A stretch of DNA of 64,000 nucleotides from Rhina ancylostomus. Lineage: Eukaryota. Below the pieces are notes generated by a model that was not told the origin of the DNA, did no database searches, and saw only the letters and a list, made by a program, of their open reading frames with translations. The DNA is taken from NCBI GenBank assembly GCA_030265395.1, contig JARFYF010000055.1, positions 26,886,606-26,950,605 on the forward strand. Direction: 5' to 3'. A program made the translations under genes and the position numbers. Shown piece by piece: positions 62,704-64,000 of the stretch (positions within the stretch are counted from its first letter, which is position 1; each line of letters starts with the position of its first letter).

Positions 62704-64000
62704 ATTTTGGAACAAACGTGGCTATAGATTTCTTTAAAATAATTTCCAGTTGCTCACTGTGCCTGCCTGTCTTTTCTAAACCTTTCTGAAGTTTTACCAG
62801 CTATTAATAACATCTGCAAGTGCACTAAAATCATATATCCAAATATACATGTAGGATCTCCAGCAGTGTAGAGTGTCAATAATGAGGTACATGATATTCA
62901 GTCACCATGTGTATTACTCCAATAGAGATACCTCTCCACTTCAGGAGCAGTATGCACAGTGTAGCTATATGATGAATACATCATTATATTGAAACAACAT
63001 TACTTTAAAACAATGGCAGAAAAGAACAGGAAGAAGCTGTGGGTTCCTCAAGCCTTACCTATAACGACAAGTTGTAATCTAAGAAAACATTTCAAATCTC
63101 TCAGCCAATTGATCATGATGAAGAACAATCCATAAAATGGGAAGCACTAAATGCATTGCCTTGAGCCCAATAACTGGATATGTCTGCATCAAAAGAAATG
63201 AACTTTCCTTCCAGATTAAATAGTCTTTCTCAGTTATACTGTTCTGTCTGCCGTTGTGGATCTTCATGCAGTTCCAGACTCAGCTGTGGGTCAGTGGCAG
63301 TACTTGCTTTTGAATTGAAAGTTTGTTGCCTGTACATTATATAGTACTGGAAAAGTTAATGGCACATTTGCGCAATGGGGAACTATTCTTTGTTTGAGGC
63401 ATGCTACAGGAATATTCACTAATGTTGCACCATTATGGAAAATTCTAAATCCATTCATAGGTAGGAAGGAGAGGTTTAATCGAGCTGAAATGCCTGGGGA
63501 TATGGTGGCAATAGAGATTGATAGAGGATTCTGGCTGGGAAGTGGAGCCAGGGGTTGGTAGTAGTATCAGGGTTGAAGGTCAGGCCAGGCAGTTGTTTGG
63601 GGATTGAGCAGAGGTGGGGTGGTAGGTCTCTGAAAGACTGTTTGTGGGCAACAGATCAGTACTTATGGTGGTGGTGGGGAGAGGGGTCAGCCATACATCC
63701 TGAGAGGGGTAGAGTGGTAGAAAGTTGGAAAGCAAACAAAATAAATCCATTACTTAAAGAAGGCCTACCTGAGGAGAGTTCCAAACACGAGACACAGACT
63801 GGGATTTGCTCAGACTAGTTCTCTTTATACATCATTGATTAGGCCTCACAAGCATTGTAAGCTTCTGCAACAGTTCATAAAATTTCTGGAGAACATGTTC
63901 AAGCTCCTTTATATCAGCAAGTCCCAGATGAGTCAAAAGGACAATTGTGGACCTCATAATAAGATGACAATTTCCCTCTTCAAAGCATTTTTTCATTGAA

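Noticed and set aside
55779-64000. RSPO1 signal-peptide exon or promoter
   Set aside because: No hydrophobic leader ending in a basic furin site with a phase-1 donor, and no CpG island; probably outside the window.
1-64000. CRISPR arrays, operons or other prokaryotic systems
   Set aside because: Intron-containing vertebrate DNA with no regularly spaced repeats or gene-dense ORFs.

Overview
AT-rich vertebrate genomic DNA with assembly gaps. The repeat content (tRNA-headed SINEs of HE1/V-SINE type, CR1/HER1-like, L2/CR1-group, Rex/Babar-like and RTE LINE fragments, and the abundant 'TGCTGGAGGAACTCAGC..GGTCAGGCAGCATC' repeat) points to a cartilaginous fish, probably a batoid (inference). The one gene I can support is R-spondin 1 (RSPO1) on the minus strand. 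Three internal coding exons have GT-AG sites and phase-1 junctions: furin-like 1 at 55587-55778, furin-like 2 at 25550-25699 and TSP1 at 24274-24462. A candidate short terminal exon lies at 16398-16453. The signal-peptide exon was not found and is probably beyond 64000. The rest is intron or intergenic DNA full of decayed transposable elements. Main leads: (1) a dispersed repeat carrying a minimal hammerhead-ribozyme motif typical of Penelope-like elements; (2) one SINE body with two different LINE-derived tails; (3) a possibly shortened RSPO1 basic tail; (4) two LTR copies bracketed by one target-site duplication; (5) candidate antisense exons and an intronic enhancer. No prokaryotic systems or CRISPR arrays. 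Repeat boundaries and family names are by eye and approximate.
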